64,000 nucleotides of DNA, from IMG/VR virus record IMGVR_UViG_3300031951_000010. One strand, written 5' to 3'. Shown here one piece after another: positions 29,053-39,368 of the stretch; within the stretch, counting starts at the first letter, position 1; each line of letters opens with the position of its first letter. This stretch comes from a virus. The notes beneath the pieces were generated by a model. That model was not told the origin of the DNA and searched no databases. It worked only from the letters and a program-made list of their open reading frames with translations. Position numbers and translations under genes: made by a program.

Positions 29053-29457
29053 ATGATTAATAAAATCAAAGAAATTTTTGAATGGGCAAAGTCAGATGTG
29101 CCCAACGTGGGCGATATGCCGTACACTGAAGGATATGTCGATGGACTGCGCATGGCGAAAGAGGCTGTTTTGGACATCCTTGGTGATGTGGAAGAACCGC
29201 TGAATGAAGAAGAACCAAAGCTCTCTTTAAAAATCGAGGGATTCGAGACAAGAGAACAGGCTGAAGCTTTTGTTTCATGGTATACAGGACAAGGCGAACA
29301 AGATGCAATTTTTTGGTTTGATGCCCGAGTAAATGAAGGCAATCTAGATGTTAACTTTATGCCCGTAGATAGTAAGCAAACATTTCCTTTGAAATTTGAA
29401 AACAATGAAGCAAAAGTTGTTCTTGAAATGTGCAAACCAGATTTTGACGAAGAATAA
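29053..29457 (+). CDS. Hypothetical protein
   Basis: C-terminal F.T.EQAEAFVSWYTGQGEQ motif. Confidence 0.7.
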   Translation: MINKIKEIFEWAKSDVPNVGDMPYTEGYVDGLRMAKEAVLDILGDVEEPLNEEEPKLSLKIEGFETREQAEAFVSWYTGQGEQDAIFWFDARVNEGNLDVNFMPVDSKQTFPLKFENNEAKVVLEMCKPDFDEE

Positions 29458-29875
29458 TAAAGCAGACCCGAAAGTGACTCATTGTGAGCTTTGCGAAGTT
29501 GGCAAAAAGTGGCTTGAAAGAAAAGGATATGTAGTTGCATTTTCTGAGTTAAGAAACATCCTAATGCATCAACACCCAGATGTGATTGGTTGGAGCTGCA
29601 GGGGTGTCTCTTGTTTGATCGAAGTTAAAATTTCGAGGTCGGATTATAATCGCGATGCTAAAAAGCCTCATGTCATTTCTCCAACCGTGGGTAAATCGCG
29701 ATACTATTTAGTTCCGAAAGGATTGATTAAACCTTGCGAAATACGCGATGGATGGGGATTATTGGAGTATGACGGAAAGCGCGTGCATAAAACAGTGGAT
29801 TCACCCGAACATTTAAAACGATCTGTAAATGACGAGTGCGCAATGTTAGTTTACGCATTGAGGAATCGGAGATGA
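29396..29875 (+). CDS. PD-(D/E)XK nuclease-like (MmcB-like) protein
   Basis: PDVIGW...LIEVKISRSD...RYYLVP..GWGLL; true start probably later. Confidence 0.65.
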   Translation: MKTMKQKLFLKCANQILTKNNKADPKVTHCELCEVGKKWLERKGYVVAFSELRNILMHQHPDVIGWSCRGVSCLIEVKISRSDYNRDAKKPHVISPTVGKSRYYLVPKGLIKPCEIRDGWGLLEYDGKRVHKTVDSPEHLKRSVNDECAMLVYALRNRR

Positions 29876-30068
29876 AAACAAAAGAAAAAATCACAAACAT
29901 TATGGGAAAAGCTTTGTGTCTGCTAGGTAAACATAACTGGTCATGGTACGAAGGATTGTCTTTTCGAGATGGAATGTATCAACGATGCAAAAGATGCAAG
30001 AGAGTGAATCCTAAAACTTGGTGACTTAAAAATCCCCTTTTTTCTTTTTCTGATCGGATATATGAAAC

Positions 30069-30512
30069 ATGAATAAAATCATGGTATCTGATGATCTTGG
30101 AAGATTTTGCTTTGTAGCCGAAGGCAGCCCCGATCATAAAAAGTTTCAAGATGCGAATGCGAATTTCGTGGATGAAAAATTAGAAACATGGTCCAAGCCA
30201 TTTGATGATTATGAGCTTTTAATATACAATGTTCCGAATGGCCGAGAATATGTTGATCTCGAACATTACGTGTTGTCAATTGATAGTTTTTCTTGTTTGC
30301 GAAGTGTTTATCATACAGACGGTATCGAAGGCGTAAGAAAAGAAATGCGATACCAATGTTTGCTTGACTACTATAGAGCTTCTGTTAGGAACCAATATAT
30401 TAGAGAAGGTAAAATTCAAGAACATGAAACCATGACTGATCAAGAAATTTTCAAAGCTGTTCTTGGGGATATGACCAAATACACATTTAATAAAGCGAAA
30501 CTGTTGAGTTAA
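30069..30512 (+). CDS. Hypothetical protein (paralog family with 31558, 32085)
   Basis: Shared W..PFDD..LIY and Y.CL.DY motifs. Confidence 0.7.
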   Translation: MNKIMVSDDLGRFCFVAEGSPDHKKFQDANANFVDEKLETWSKPFDDYELLIYNVPNGREYVDLEHYVLSIDSFSCLRSVYHTDGIEGVRKEMRYQCLLDYYRASVRNQYIREGKIQEHETMTDQEIFKAVLGDMTKYTFNKAKLLS

Positions 30513-30518
30513 ACGATC

Positions 30519-31148
30519 ATGCAAATTAAGTACCCCAGAACCATGCATCTGCCCTGGAGCAATCCATCTTCAGATGACAAAGTTATCAAAAGCCTTGAGT
30601 TTTTCGAGGGGCAAGATATTGTTGTGACTGAAAAAATGGACGGAGAAAATACAACGATGTATTGTGATTTTATTCACGCAAGATCGTTAGAGTATGCTCG
30701 CGGAGATGATCGCGGGTTCGTGAAATCACTTCAGGCGCAGATTGGATATAAAATTCCCGATGGTTGGAGAATTTGTGGAGAAAATCTTTATGCCAAGCAT
30801 TCAATCCATTATAACAACTTGCCAAGTTTCTTTTTGGTGTTTTCTGTATGGGATGAGAATAACGTTTGTCTTTCATGGGATAAAACCGTAGATTTCGCAA
30901 AGTCGCTTGATTTGCAAATGGTTCCTGTTTTGTATCGAGGAGAATGGAATGAGAAAGTTGTCCGATCATTATATAAAGAAGGAACAGAAGGATATGTTGT
31001 AAGACGATCAGATTCCTTTCATTATGACGAATTTCAGAATTGTGTTGCCAAATACGTTCGCGCCAATCATGTGACAACAGATAAGCACTGGCGACATACT
31101 CAAATTATTCCAAATCAACTTAGGGAGCAAAATCTCCCCGTTTTTTAA
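30519..31148 (+). CDS. RNA ligase (Rnl2-like)
   Basis: VTEKMDGEN motif I, HARS, ICGEN, EGYVVR, AKYVR. Confidence 0.9.
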   Translation: MQIKYPRTMHLPWSNPSSDDKVIKSLEFFEGQDIVVTEKMDGENTTMYCDFIHARSLEYARGDDRGFVKSLQAQIGYKIPDGWRICGENLYAKHSIHYNNLPSFFLVFSVWDENNVCLSWDKTVDFAKSLDLQMVPVLYRGEWNEKVVRSLYKEGTEGYVVRRSDSFHYDEFQNCVAKYVRANHVTTDKHWRHTQIIPNQLREQNLPVF

Positions 31149-31171
31149 ATAATGATCGGATATATAAGACA

Positions 31172-31516
31172 ATGAATGATTCTGCTGATAATTTCTCCGA
31201 GCCGCAAGAATTCGGCACCAAGCCGTTCATTTATTTTGAAGAGGGCGAGCCAGAAGACTACCCTCAAAGATATGGAGTAGTTCTTGTGCTTTCTGATTTT
31301 GCCCTGGCGGCAAAAGGGCTCGGCCCTGAAGACAAAGATGAATTACTAATTCGAGGCGCAGTGAGTTATCGTGAATGTCTTAATATGGCCAGGGCTAAAT
31401 GGAAACAAACCGTATTTTTTAAAGGTAAGGAAGGGAAAATGTATTCGAAAATCTCCATTGAAGGCCCCGATGTGAGAACTACATGGAATAGACCCGAAAC
31501 CCCGATCATTCCATAA
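31172..31516 (+). CDS. Hypothetical protein
   Basis: Fronted by the promoter motif. Confidence 0.65.
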   Translation: MNDSADNFSEPQEFGTKPFIYFEEGEPEDYPQRYGVVLVLSDFALAAKGLGPEDKDELLIRGAVSYRECLNMARAKWKQTVFFKGKEGKMYSKISIEGPDVRTTWNRPETPIIP

Positions 31517-31557
31517 AAAATCCCCTCTTTTCAGAATTCTGATCGGATATAAAAGGC

Positions 31558-32043
31558 ATGAATGATTTAATTCTCGTATATCTGGGCGAAGAAATTGTGA
31601 GCGTGGTTGAAGAAAATTCCGACATGCACAAAAGATACATTCAAAGAAACAAAGAATCAGCTCAAAAACGCATTACTGATTGGCGAAAACGCTTTGATGA
31701 TGCTCATATGATTTATCATAATTTTGCTCGGCATGGAAATAATCTGGCCGAATTCCTTGATAACGATTGTTCGCATTATTGTGATGCTTATATAACATAT
31801 AAAGAAAAAGGCCTTGATGCTGCTCGGGATTCATTGCCGTTTCAATGTCTTTATGATGTGAATTTCCATAACACAGCATTACGTCTTTATTATAAACAAA
31901 ATAAAATTAAAGATTTTTATAAATTCTTATCAAAATTCACTGATGAAGAATTCTATCGTGTTACTTTTGGCGAACCTGAAAATGATGGTGAGTTTCAGTT
32001 CGTGAAAGCACCTTATAATGTTGAGCCACCGATCATTCCATAA
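31558..32043 (+). CDS. Hypothetical protein (MNDLILV family)
   Basis: Paralog of 32085. Confidence 0.75.
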   Translation: MNDLILVYLGEEIVSVVEENSDMHKRYIQRNKESAQKRITDWRKRFDDAHMIYHNFARHGNNLAEFLDNDCSHYCDAYITYKEKGLDAARDSLPFQCLYDVNFHNTALRLYYKQNKIKDFYKFLSKFTDEEFYRVTFGEPENDGEFQFVKAPYNVEPPIIP

Positions 32044-32084
32044 AAAATCCCCTCTTTTCGTAAGACTGATCGTATATAAAAGAC

Positions 32085-32567
32085 ATGAATGATTTAATTC
32101 TCGTATCTCGCGGCAATAAGCCGCTGTGTGTAGTAGATGAAAGCTCTGATTTGTATCAAGAACTTGTCAGAGAAAACGAAGAGGCTATGCAAGGTGAAAT
32201 TAATCACTGGTTAACGCCCTTTGATGATGAATCTTTGATTTATTACAATTTTAACGAGTGGCCCGAAACAGAAAGCCTTACCGAATACATTGGAAACTTA
32301 ACGCTTGGTTCACATGCGGCTTTCTACAAAGATATGCTTAAAGAAAAGGGTATTGAAGCAGTGAAGAAATCACTTAAATACCGATGTCTTTATGATTATC
32401 ATCTTGCCACAGTCGGCTATGATATTTTTCTTAAACAAGATGAAATCAAGGATTTCAAAAAGTTTGCAAAAACTTTAACTCCTAAAGATATTTTCATACA
32501 ACTGTACGGAGACACTTCAAAATTGTTCAAGTTCACTGCAATCCCCTACAATACTTTTCCCGAGTAA
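32085..32567 (+). CDS. Hypothetical protein (MNDLILV family)
   Basis: Paralog of 31558. Confidence 0.75.
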   Translation: MNDLILVSRGNKPLCVVDESSDLYQELVRENEEAMQGEINHWLTPFDDESLIYYNFNEWPETESLTEYIGNLTLGSHAAFYKDMLKEKGIEAVKKSLKYRCLYDYHLATVGYDIFLKQDEIKDFKKFAKTLTPKDIFIQLYGDTSKLFKFTAIPYNTFPE

Positions 32568-32574
32568 ATAAAAT

Positions 32575-33183
32575 ATGAGCACATTTTTTACTGCCGATTG
32601 GCACTTATCAGAAACACGATTGGAAATTATGTCGCGAGACATTTTTGACAGCCCCGAACACATGAATGAATCTTTGATTAATCTTCATAACATCAACTCA
32701 AAAGTTAAGAAGAATGACGAAGTATATGTGATCGGAGATGTGATTTTTCGAGATGCTAATGTCGAAGAAACTCTTCCTTTGATCGAAAGATTTAACGGAA
32801 GAAAGATTCTTATTCGAGGAAATCATGATCGTCACATAACAGATGAACAGTTTAGCCCATTTTTCGAGGAAATCATCCCCGAGGGAGAAGGCATTGAAAT
32901 GATGATCGGAGATATTCCTTGTTATTTAACACACTATCCAACTCGGGGGAAGAAATATAAGTATAATCTAGTTGGGCACATTCATGGTGCATGGAAACAC
33001 CAACTGAATATGCTTAATGTTGGAGTCGATGTTCATCATTTTTGCCCCGTAAATGAAAAGTTTGTTTCAAAGTATTTCACAGCAATTACTGAATACTATG
33101 ATGAAGATGTTTGGGTGGCATATAATGAAATCAACTCGCGATATCGAAACAATCGAGGAAAGAAAGGTACATATTTCCCATGA
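32575..33183 (+). CDS. Calcineurin-like metallophosphoesterase
   Basis: ADWH, IGD, GNHD, THYP, GHIH motifs. Confidence 0.88.
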   Translation: MSTFFTADWHLSETRLEIMSRDIFDSPEHMNESLINLHNINSKVKKNDEVYVIGDVIFRDANVEETLPLIERFNGRKILIRGNHDRHITDEQFSPFFEEIIPEGEGIEMMIGDIPCYLTHYPTRGKKYKYNLVGHIHGAWKHQLNMLNVGVDVHHFCPVNEKFVSKYFTAITEYYDEDVWVAYNEINSRYRNNRGKKGTYFP

Positions 33184-33530
33184 GATCAGAAGAATTTGAT
33201 GAATATATGAGAGAAATTAGCAACGAATTGCGCGTAACGCTAAAGCTGCCACCAAAGTATTTAAAAGGCTTTGAACCCGAACATTGGTCATTTACGCAAT
33301 TAGAGCCGCTTAGTTTTGAAAAGCAACAAAAAATCAAGGAGCATTTCAGTAAAGAAATCCGAGACGCGCTTGACGACTATCTGAGTATTAAGGAAGAGTA
33401 CCCCGATTGTGTGTGGGCTATTCTCAACTCAATTAAAAGGCAGGCCTCAAGATATGGAAACAAAACTCTCTGGAGAGAAATTTTCGCCCCTCACCTCGAA
33501 GAAGAAAAACTCAAAGAAATTTTCCCCTAA
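33180..33530 (+). CDS. Hypothetical protein
   Basis: 116 aa. Confidence 0.6.
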   Translation: MRSEEFDEYMREISNELRVTLKLPPKYLKGFEPEHWSFTQLEPLSFEKQQKIKEHFSKEIRDALDDYLSIKEEYPDCVWAILNSIKRQASRYGNKTLWREIFAPHLEEEKLKEIFP

Positions 33531-33559
33531 ATTTCGAGTTATCCTTTGATATAAAAGGC

Positions 33560-33838
33560 ATGGACAAAGAAGCCATTAAACTAGCCATCTTGCCCCGTGG
33601 ATCAAAACTAATCGAGGGTGAAGAAATTAAGTATTATCTTGTTCTCGGGATCGTGGCCACGAACAAGGACATCAACTGGGAAAAAGACTTTGTGACTATG
33701 GAAAGCGCAATCGGCTCGCCGATCACAGATAAAATTGAGAAAATGACCAAGATGAAACTTGATGAAGATTGCGGAGACGCGAATTCTGTGTTAATGAAAC
33801 TTCATAACACCAACAGAAACGAACTTGAAGAACTCTAA
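33560..33838 (+). CDS. Hypothetical protein
   Basis: Fronted by the promoter motif. Confidence 0.6.
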   Translation: MDKEAIKLAILPRGSKLIEGEEIKYYLVLGIVATNKDINWEKDFVTMESAIGSPITDKIEKMTKMKLDEDCGDANSVLMKLHNTNRNELEEL

Positions 33839-34131
33839 TGGAACAAGACGTTTCTCAATATATTTTCATCTCACAAGAAAGCATTGACAAAGCTAAGAAA
33901 CTTATGAAAAAAGCTCCAGAATCATTAGAAGATTGGGCAGAAGAAAATTCGCGGAAAGAACGCCGATTAGAAACTCGACGCAGATACTATCGTGAAAACA
34001 AAATTCAAATCAATGTTCGACGTAAAGAACGAAAAGAAGAAATTCGAGCTGAACAGATTAGAACAGAAAAAGAACTATCGGACAAGCTTCAAATGACACT
34101 AAATTTTGATTCTGATCGTAGTAATAATTAA
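33838..34131 (+). CDS. Hypothetical basic protein
   Basis: 97 aa. Confidence 0.55.
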   Translation: MEQDVSQYIFISQESIDKAKKLMKKAPESLEDWAEENSRKERRLETRRRYYRENKIQINVRRKERKEEIRAEQIRTEKELSDKLQMTLNFDSDRSNN

Positions 34132-34132
34132 G

Positions 34133-35365
34133 ATGAGAAGTTTTTTGTCTCAGGATTTATATAAAATTACGATGAGCCAAGCAGTTTGGCGACTGTTTCC
34201 TAATGCCTGGGTGAAATATCACTATAAGCTTCGAACAAAAAACGTCAATCTTGCCCCGATTAAAGATCGAATTGATCGCAAAATTCATCAACTTCAAGGT
34301 ATTGGGCCGACGGCGCTAGAAATCAACTTTCTTCGATCATTGGGATATTTTGATCCGTCATTTTTGGCATCATTGGCACATTTCAAACTGAACCCAGATG
34401 CGTATGTGAAAACAAGCGTGGATCAAGGGCATTTTGATCTCGTGATCGAAGGACCTTGGTATGATACGATCTTCTTCGAAGTTATGCTGTTGCAAATCAT
34501 CTCGGAAACATATTTCGAAGATCACGCCCGCGAACACCCAGAGGTTTTCGAGGAAGGCAGACAGCGATTGAATGAAAAAATCGAGCACTTGCTTCACATC
34601 TACGATCAGTATACAGATCATTACGAAAGTCTAAGGGACCTTGAGGGCGGGGGAGAACTCAATCCTTTCTGCCTGATGGAATTCGGCACTCGTCGAGCTT
34701 TTTCAGAATCGTGGCAAGGAGAAGTTGTTGAAACACTTGCGCAAAAACTTCCGCGTGAAATGTTCCTCGGTACATCAAACGTGTATTGGGCACAACAACT
34801 TGGGCTTAAGCCACAAGGCACGATGGCGCACGAATATATCTGTGCTCATGGAGCGCTTTATCCCTTGCATGAGGCGCAAAAGCAAGCTTTCTACAATTGG
34901 AACAAGGTGTTCCAAGGCAAGCTCGGAACCGCGCTTTCAGATACATTCACTTTTGATCAATTCCTAAGAGACTTTGATTCGGGCTTGGCCAACTTGTTTA
35001 CAGGAGCTAGGCACGACTCTGGTGATCCGTTCGAGTGGGGCCACAAACTCATTGAACACTATCGAACACTGGGAATCAACACTCATACCAAAGTGGCTGT
35101 GTGGAGCGATAATCTAGATATCGAGCTGGCAGAAAAGCTTTGGAAAACTTTTGCCCCGAAAATTAAAACATCATTCGGGATCGGGACCAATTTGACTAAT
35201 GACATGGGGTTAAAGCCTTTGTCACAAGTCATTAAGCTTACTCATGTGAACAACATGCCAGTGATTAAGATTAGTGATGAACCCGAGAAAGTGATGTGCG
35301 AAGATGAAACATACAAGGCCTGGGCTTTGCGACTATTTACAGAAATTTTACCAAATCAATCATGA
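34133..35365 (+). CDS. pncB: Nicotinate phosphoribosyltransferase
   Basis: DLYKITM, MEFGTRR, GTSNV, GTMAHE, RHDSGDP, WSDNL, SFGIGTNLTND, IKISD..EK. Confidence 0.93.
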   Translation: MRSFLSQDLYKITMSQAVWRLFPNAWVKYHYKLRTKNVNLAPIKDRIDRKIHQLQGIGPTALEINFLRSLGYFDPSFLASLAHFKLNPDAYVKTSVDQGHFDLVIEGPWYDTIFFEVMLLQIISETYFEDHAREHPEVFEEGRQRLNEKIEHLLHIYDQYTDHYESLRDLEGGGELNPFCLMEFGTRRAFSESWQGEVVETLAQKLPREMFLGTSNVYWAQQLGLKPQGTMAHEYICAHGALYPLHEAQKQAFYNWNKVFQGKLGTALSDTFTFDQFLRDFDSGLANLFTGARHDSGDPFEWGHKLIEHYRTLGINTHTKVAVWSDNLDIELAEKLWKTFAPKIKTSFGIGTNLTNDMGLKPLSQVIKLTHVNNMPVIKISDEPEKVMCEDETYKAWALRLFTEILPNQS

Positions 35366-35784
35366 TCGTAGAAACTCCTCAGTTAAACGAAAGCGAACTT
35401 AATAATGAACAGCTCACATATTGGGCATACTTTACGTATCTGCCCCATATCGGACACTATTACCAACAATTTGCCTCATCGCAGATGGTCAAACATAAAG
35501 TGATTTCAGGAGTGATGCTTTTTTCAAGCCCCGAAGAATGTGAACGAGTATGTTCGTGGTCAGGAGCAGCTATAGGATCGGGGGCAGTGGAAATTACATT
35601 TCAAGAAGCCAAAGATCATTCGATCATGTCTCAAAAAGAGTATCCTCATATTACTCCAGTGATTTTCTTCTGTGACGGCATGATCGAGGCTTCATTTTTC
35701 GAAGAACACTCTATGGATGAAATTAAAAATCTTTCAGAATCAATTAAAGATAAAATGATCCCGAGTAAATTTGTATACGTGTAA
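35362..35784 (+). CDS. Hypothetical protein
   Basis: 140 aa. Confidence 0.6.
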   Translation: MIVETPQLNESELNNEQLTYWAYFTYLPHIGHYYQQFASSQMVKHKVISGVMLFSSPEECERVCSWSGAAIGSGAVEITFQEAKDHSIMSQKEYPHITPVIFFCDGMIEASFFEEHSMDEIKNLSESIKDKMIPSKFVYV

Positions 35785-35851
35785 AAATCCCCTATTCTTG
35801 TGGCCCAATTTGAATGTATAAAGGGATGAATACATTTATGGGAGGCGTGTT

Positions 35852-36097
35852 TTGAACTACGCTTGGGAAGTGACCGTTGACGATGTTTTTTATGCTATCA
35901 ATGCAAATGACATAAAAATCTCGTGGGAAAACGCAAACAAAATTCATGACATGCTTGATCATGATGAAGTCGTAGCTGCTGCGCTTTATGGCGAAGACAT
36001 GGACGATCAGGCCGCATATGCAAGCGATGAAATTCGCAATCAAGTCTTTGACGAAAGTGGAAACTTGCGCACAGAGTTTGCCTTCGCAGGGGGATAA
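35852..36097 (+). CDS. Hypothetical protein
   Basis: GGAGG SD before a TTG start. Confidence 0.6.
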   Translation: MNYAWEVTVDDVFYAINANDIKISWENANKIHDMLDHDEVVAAALYGEDMDDQAAYASDEIRNQVFDESGNLRTEFAFAGG

Positions 36098-36137
36098 AAA
36101 TCCCCTGTTTTCTTTCTTCTGATCGGATATATAAATC

Positions 36138-36575
36138 ATGACGCCAAGCGAACAACAATACAAAGAAGCTTCTTACAGTGTCCTTTTCCAGAAAGGATGT
36201 GTGATCAAAGACGAACGAGACATCATCAAGTATTATTCAAATACACTGAACGCAGATTATACGGAAACCAAACGAGCCTTAAAAGACCTCCAAGCCAATG
36301 GTATTAATATTGGGGAAAGCTCTTTGCCCTCTGATGGATATGGTTCTGTATTTAATGGAACTGACGCAAATAATATTGAAATTGAGTATATGAGCGCCAC
36401 GATAGTGTCTAATTCAGGTGCTAAGTATTTTTGGGCCGTGCAAGTAGGATCATTGTCCAAGGTCATCAAACTCTTGACAAATCCAATGTCTTTAGAGGAC
36501 GCCTTGTTTGTTTTGGCTCAGAGACTTGAACGAGTCAATGACAGCCAAGAACTTGCTTACAACTCGGGACTGTAA
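36138..36575 (+). CDS. Hypothetical protein (paralog of 37235)
   Basis: Shared L..GCVI...DII..Y...ADY...NGI block. Confidence 0.7.
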   Translation: MTPSEQQYKEASYSVLFQKGCVIKDERDIIKYYSNTLNADYTETKRALKDLQANGINIGESSLPSDGYGSVFNGTDANNIEIEYMSATIVSNSGAKYFWAVQVGSLSKVIKLLTNPMSLEDALFVLAQRLERVNDSQELAYNSGL

Positions 36576-36616
36576 AAAATCCCCCATATTCATAATCCCA
36601 ATCGGATATATAAAGC

Positions 36617-37192
36617 ATGGCTAAATACACGTTCACAACTTATCGACGAAAGCAAGGCACATCTGAATTCACGGTAGTAAATCAAGAAACCCTTGATCGT
36701 TATTCTGATTATCGCAATTGTAGTGTGCTTGATGATTTTGTGATTGTTCACAATCATAAAACTGGCACATATCATAATTTTTGCCGAAAAGACTTCTATG
36801 GCGATGTTGATGGGCAAATTATTTTCGGATGCAATCTATTTGGAGTTCCTGTTGTTGAACACAAAGATGATATGCAAATTCATTCTGTGACTTTCGCACA
36901 GGTAGCGACGTCGTGGCGCAATCGAGACGTCTGTGTTCATTTTGACCGCAGCATTCATCCGCAAGATTTTCAAGATGTCCATGCCCTCATCGCCGCTATT
37001 GAAAATGCGCTTAAGAACATTCATGGACAAAGCCAAGCTGCCAACCATGGAAGAATGTTGGCATGCGGAGGAGAAAATGCATATAGAGCCTATAACATGG
37101 GGGAAGTTTATTTTGCAATTTACCTTATACATCAGCGAACTGGCGCAAGAGTTGTCACACTTAATAATCGCGTGGGGATTTTTTACTACTAA
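36617..37192 (+). CDS. Hypothetical protein
   Basis: Fronted by the promoter motif. Confidence 0.7.
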   Translation: MAKYTFTTYRRKQGTSEFTVVNQETLDRYSDYRNCSVLDDFVIVHNHKTGTYHNFCRKDFYGDVDGQIIFGCNLFGVPVVEHKDDMQIHSVTFAQVATSWRNRDVCVHFDRSIHPQDFQDVHALIAAIENALKNIHGQSQAANHGRMLACGGENAYRAYNMGEVYFAIYLIHQRTGARVVTLNNRVGIFYY

Positions 37193-37234
37193 AAAATCCC
37201 CGATTTTCACCACTCCAATCGGATATATAATCAC

Positions 37235-37759
37235 ATGAACTTTGCTCACGAACTTAAAGCCAAGGTGTGTTGCATCCTTTTACAATCGGGATGTGTAATT
37301 CGTAACCCAGATGACATCATACAAACATATAGCCAACGAATTGACGCTGATTTTCGAGCCACGGAAATGGCTTATGAAGATTTCAAACAAAATGGAATTG
37401 ACCTAGAGGCATCGTCAACGATTGAAGATGGAACCGAGGGCGCATTTGATGGCTCATTTAATGAGCCTCTTCAAGTCCCTTATATTAAGTGCACGATTGT
37501 TTCCAACACGGGCATATCTTATCCTTTCGCGGCTCAAACAGGAGGAAAACTTGATAACTCACTATCGGCTATTATGAAACTTCTTTGTTCTAATCATGAT
37601 ATTAATGAGTCTCTTGAAGAACTCAAGACGCGATTAGAAGATGTTAAGAAGCAAACTCAGAAAATCGAGCGTGATGGACCCTACAAAGCCATGTTTGAAA
37701 GAGACTATGAGCTTATGCTCGATAGTCACTTGGCCTATGAGAGTTATTGCTATCTCTAA
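37235..37759 (+). CDS. Hypothetical protein (paralog of 36138)
   Basis: Fronted by the promoter motif. Confidence 0.7.
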   Translation: MNFAHELKAKVCCILLQSGCVIRNPDDIIQTYSQRIDADFRATEMAYEDFKQNGIDLEASSTIEDGTEGAFDGSFNEPLQVPYIKCTIVSNTGISYPFAAQTGGKLDNSLSAIMKLLCSNHDINESLEELKTRLEDVKKQTQKIERDGPYKAMFERDYELMLDSHLAYESYCYL

Positions 37760-37771
37760 AACAAAACAGAC

Positions 37772-38179
37772 ATGATTAAAAAACTAACAAAAGCACTCGA
37801 AAATAAAGCACAATTAAACTTTTCCGATGAAACCTTGGCACATATGCAACTAGGTCTCGCGATGATGCAAGCCGCGCAAATTTACCGTGACGCGATTAAA
37901 GCACTTCTTTCAGATCATGACGAAGAGGTTTTCGATGAAAGAATCAAAAGTGCCATGAATGAACACAACATCTGTGCATTAACGACTTTGATTGACTATA
38001 TGTATGATGGTGGAGAAAACTATCTTGATGTGAATCTCAGTCACCTTACAGATGAAGAAGTTGAAAAAATGCCACTATCAGAAACAAACATGTATCACTT
38101 CCTGTTTATCCCCGTGAAGAAAAATCCCCTAAATTTTTCACTAACAATGAATATAAAAGCCAATGATGAACCCCAATAA
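37772..38179 (+). CDS. Hypothetical protein
   Basis: 135 aa. Confidence 0.6.
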   Translation: MIKKLTKALENKAQLNFSDETLAHMQLGLAMMQAAQIYRDAIKALLSDHDEEVFDERIKSAMNEHNICALTTLIDYMYDGGENYLDVNLSHLTDEEVEKMPLSETNMYHFLFIPVKKNPLNFSLTMNIKANDEPQ

Positions 38180-38726
38180 TCTCGCACTTTATAAAGCATC
38201 CACAGAGTATTTTAAGCAAGACCCTAAAACACTCCAGTTTTACTCTGTGGATTTTGAAGATGACGACACATTGCGCACATTACAAGGCATCGGATCAGTT
38301 GTTGTCCGCACGCACCCGCGCACTGAACTGATTTCTTTCTATGCTGATTTTCGCAACAAAGAATTGCAATATGCGCTCGGAGTTAAAATGCTCGGGGTTA
38401 ATTTTGCCACGATCAGAGAACTAACTCCCAATTGCAGCTTTTTTGATGATGAATGTACGTTCTATTTTCATGCCGAAAATCCAGATCAATTAGGAGATGT
38501 ATATTTCCAAGAATACAGACGATATCACAATCTTAGAGACAATTTAGCACAAACATCAAAGCTCAGTCGAAAGAAAATCGCTAAAGAGCTTGAACATTTT
38601 GATTCTTATGAAGAATATCGAGCTTTTCGAGCTGGGGCAATTTTCTTCGTGATCTTTAACATCTGCCGAAAGTATAATATGACTTTTGTGCAAATCCCTT
38701 CATGCAGACTGGATCGAGCTTTTTAA
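38163..38726 (+). CDS. Hypothetical protein
   Basis: Fronted by the promoter motif. Confidence 0.65.
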   Translation: MMNPNNLALYKASTEYFKQDPKTLQFYSVDFEDDDTLRTLQGIGSVVVRTHPRTELISFYADFRNKELQYALGVKMLGVNFATIRELTPNCSFFDDECTFYFHAENPDQLGDVYFQEYRRYHNLRDNLAQTSKLSRKKIAKELEHFDSYEEYRAFRAGAIFFVIFNICRKYNMTFVQIPSCRLDRAF

Positions 38727-38727
38727 A

Positions 38728-39156
38728 ATGCAGACATTTCTTCCATATCCTGATTTTAAGAAAAGCGCACAGTCTCTCGATTATAGACGATTGCAAAACC
38801 AGATCGTTGAATGCCACCAATTGCTTAAAGCTCTCACGAGCCCCGAGCCAAGAGGGTGGCGAAACCACCCAGCTGCACTTATGTGGAAGGGGCATGAAAA
38901 GGCGTTAGCACAATATGCTGAAGCGTGCTGGGATGAATGGAAAAATCGAGGCTACGGCCCCGATCACAAATCCATTGTTAAAATTCGAGAAATAGCGCAA
39001 GCACTTCGATCAACAGACGAATCGCCCCGATGGATCGGTGATGAAGAATTTCATGCTTCTCATCGGGGAAATCTACTAAGAAAAGATTTGGCTTATTATA
39101 GCCAATACAACTGGACAGAAAGCCCCGATCTGGAGTATATCTGGCCAACACCATAA
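38728..39156 (+). CDS. Pyrimidine-dimer DNA glycosylase-like (DenV/MSMEG_6728 family)
   Basis: MQTFLPYPDF..SA..LD.RRL..QIVEC.Q...NHPA..MW.G...H..H..NL.RKD. Confidence 0.85.
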   Translation: MQTFLPYPDFKKSAQSLDYRRLQNQIVECHQLLKALTSPEPRGWRNHPAALMWKGHEKALAQYAEACWDEWKNRGYGPDHKSIVKIREIAQALRSTDESPRWIGDEEFHASHRGNLLRKDLAYYSQYNWTESPDLEYIWPTP

Positions 39157-39171
39157 AAGAGAACAAACATA

Positions 39172-39363
39172 ATGACCGATAACGAACGACAAGAACTAGA
39201 ACTCTTCCTTAAAGACATTGAAGTGCTTCAGGAAACTTTCACCACATTGCCCGATAAGATGCAAAGCACTATCGGCAAGGACATGGCGATTCAGATGGGC
39301 GATATTATGCAAGAGATTAAACGACTCAAAGCAGAAACGCTTGTTGAGCTAGGGTTGGTTTAA
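39172..39363 (+). CDS. Hypothetical protein
   Basis: 63 aa. Confidence 0.55.
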   Translation: MTDNERQELELFLKDIEVLQETFTTLPDKMQSTIGKDMAIQMGDIMQEIKRLKAETLVELGLV

Positions 39364-39368
39364 TTGAC

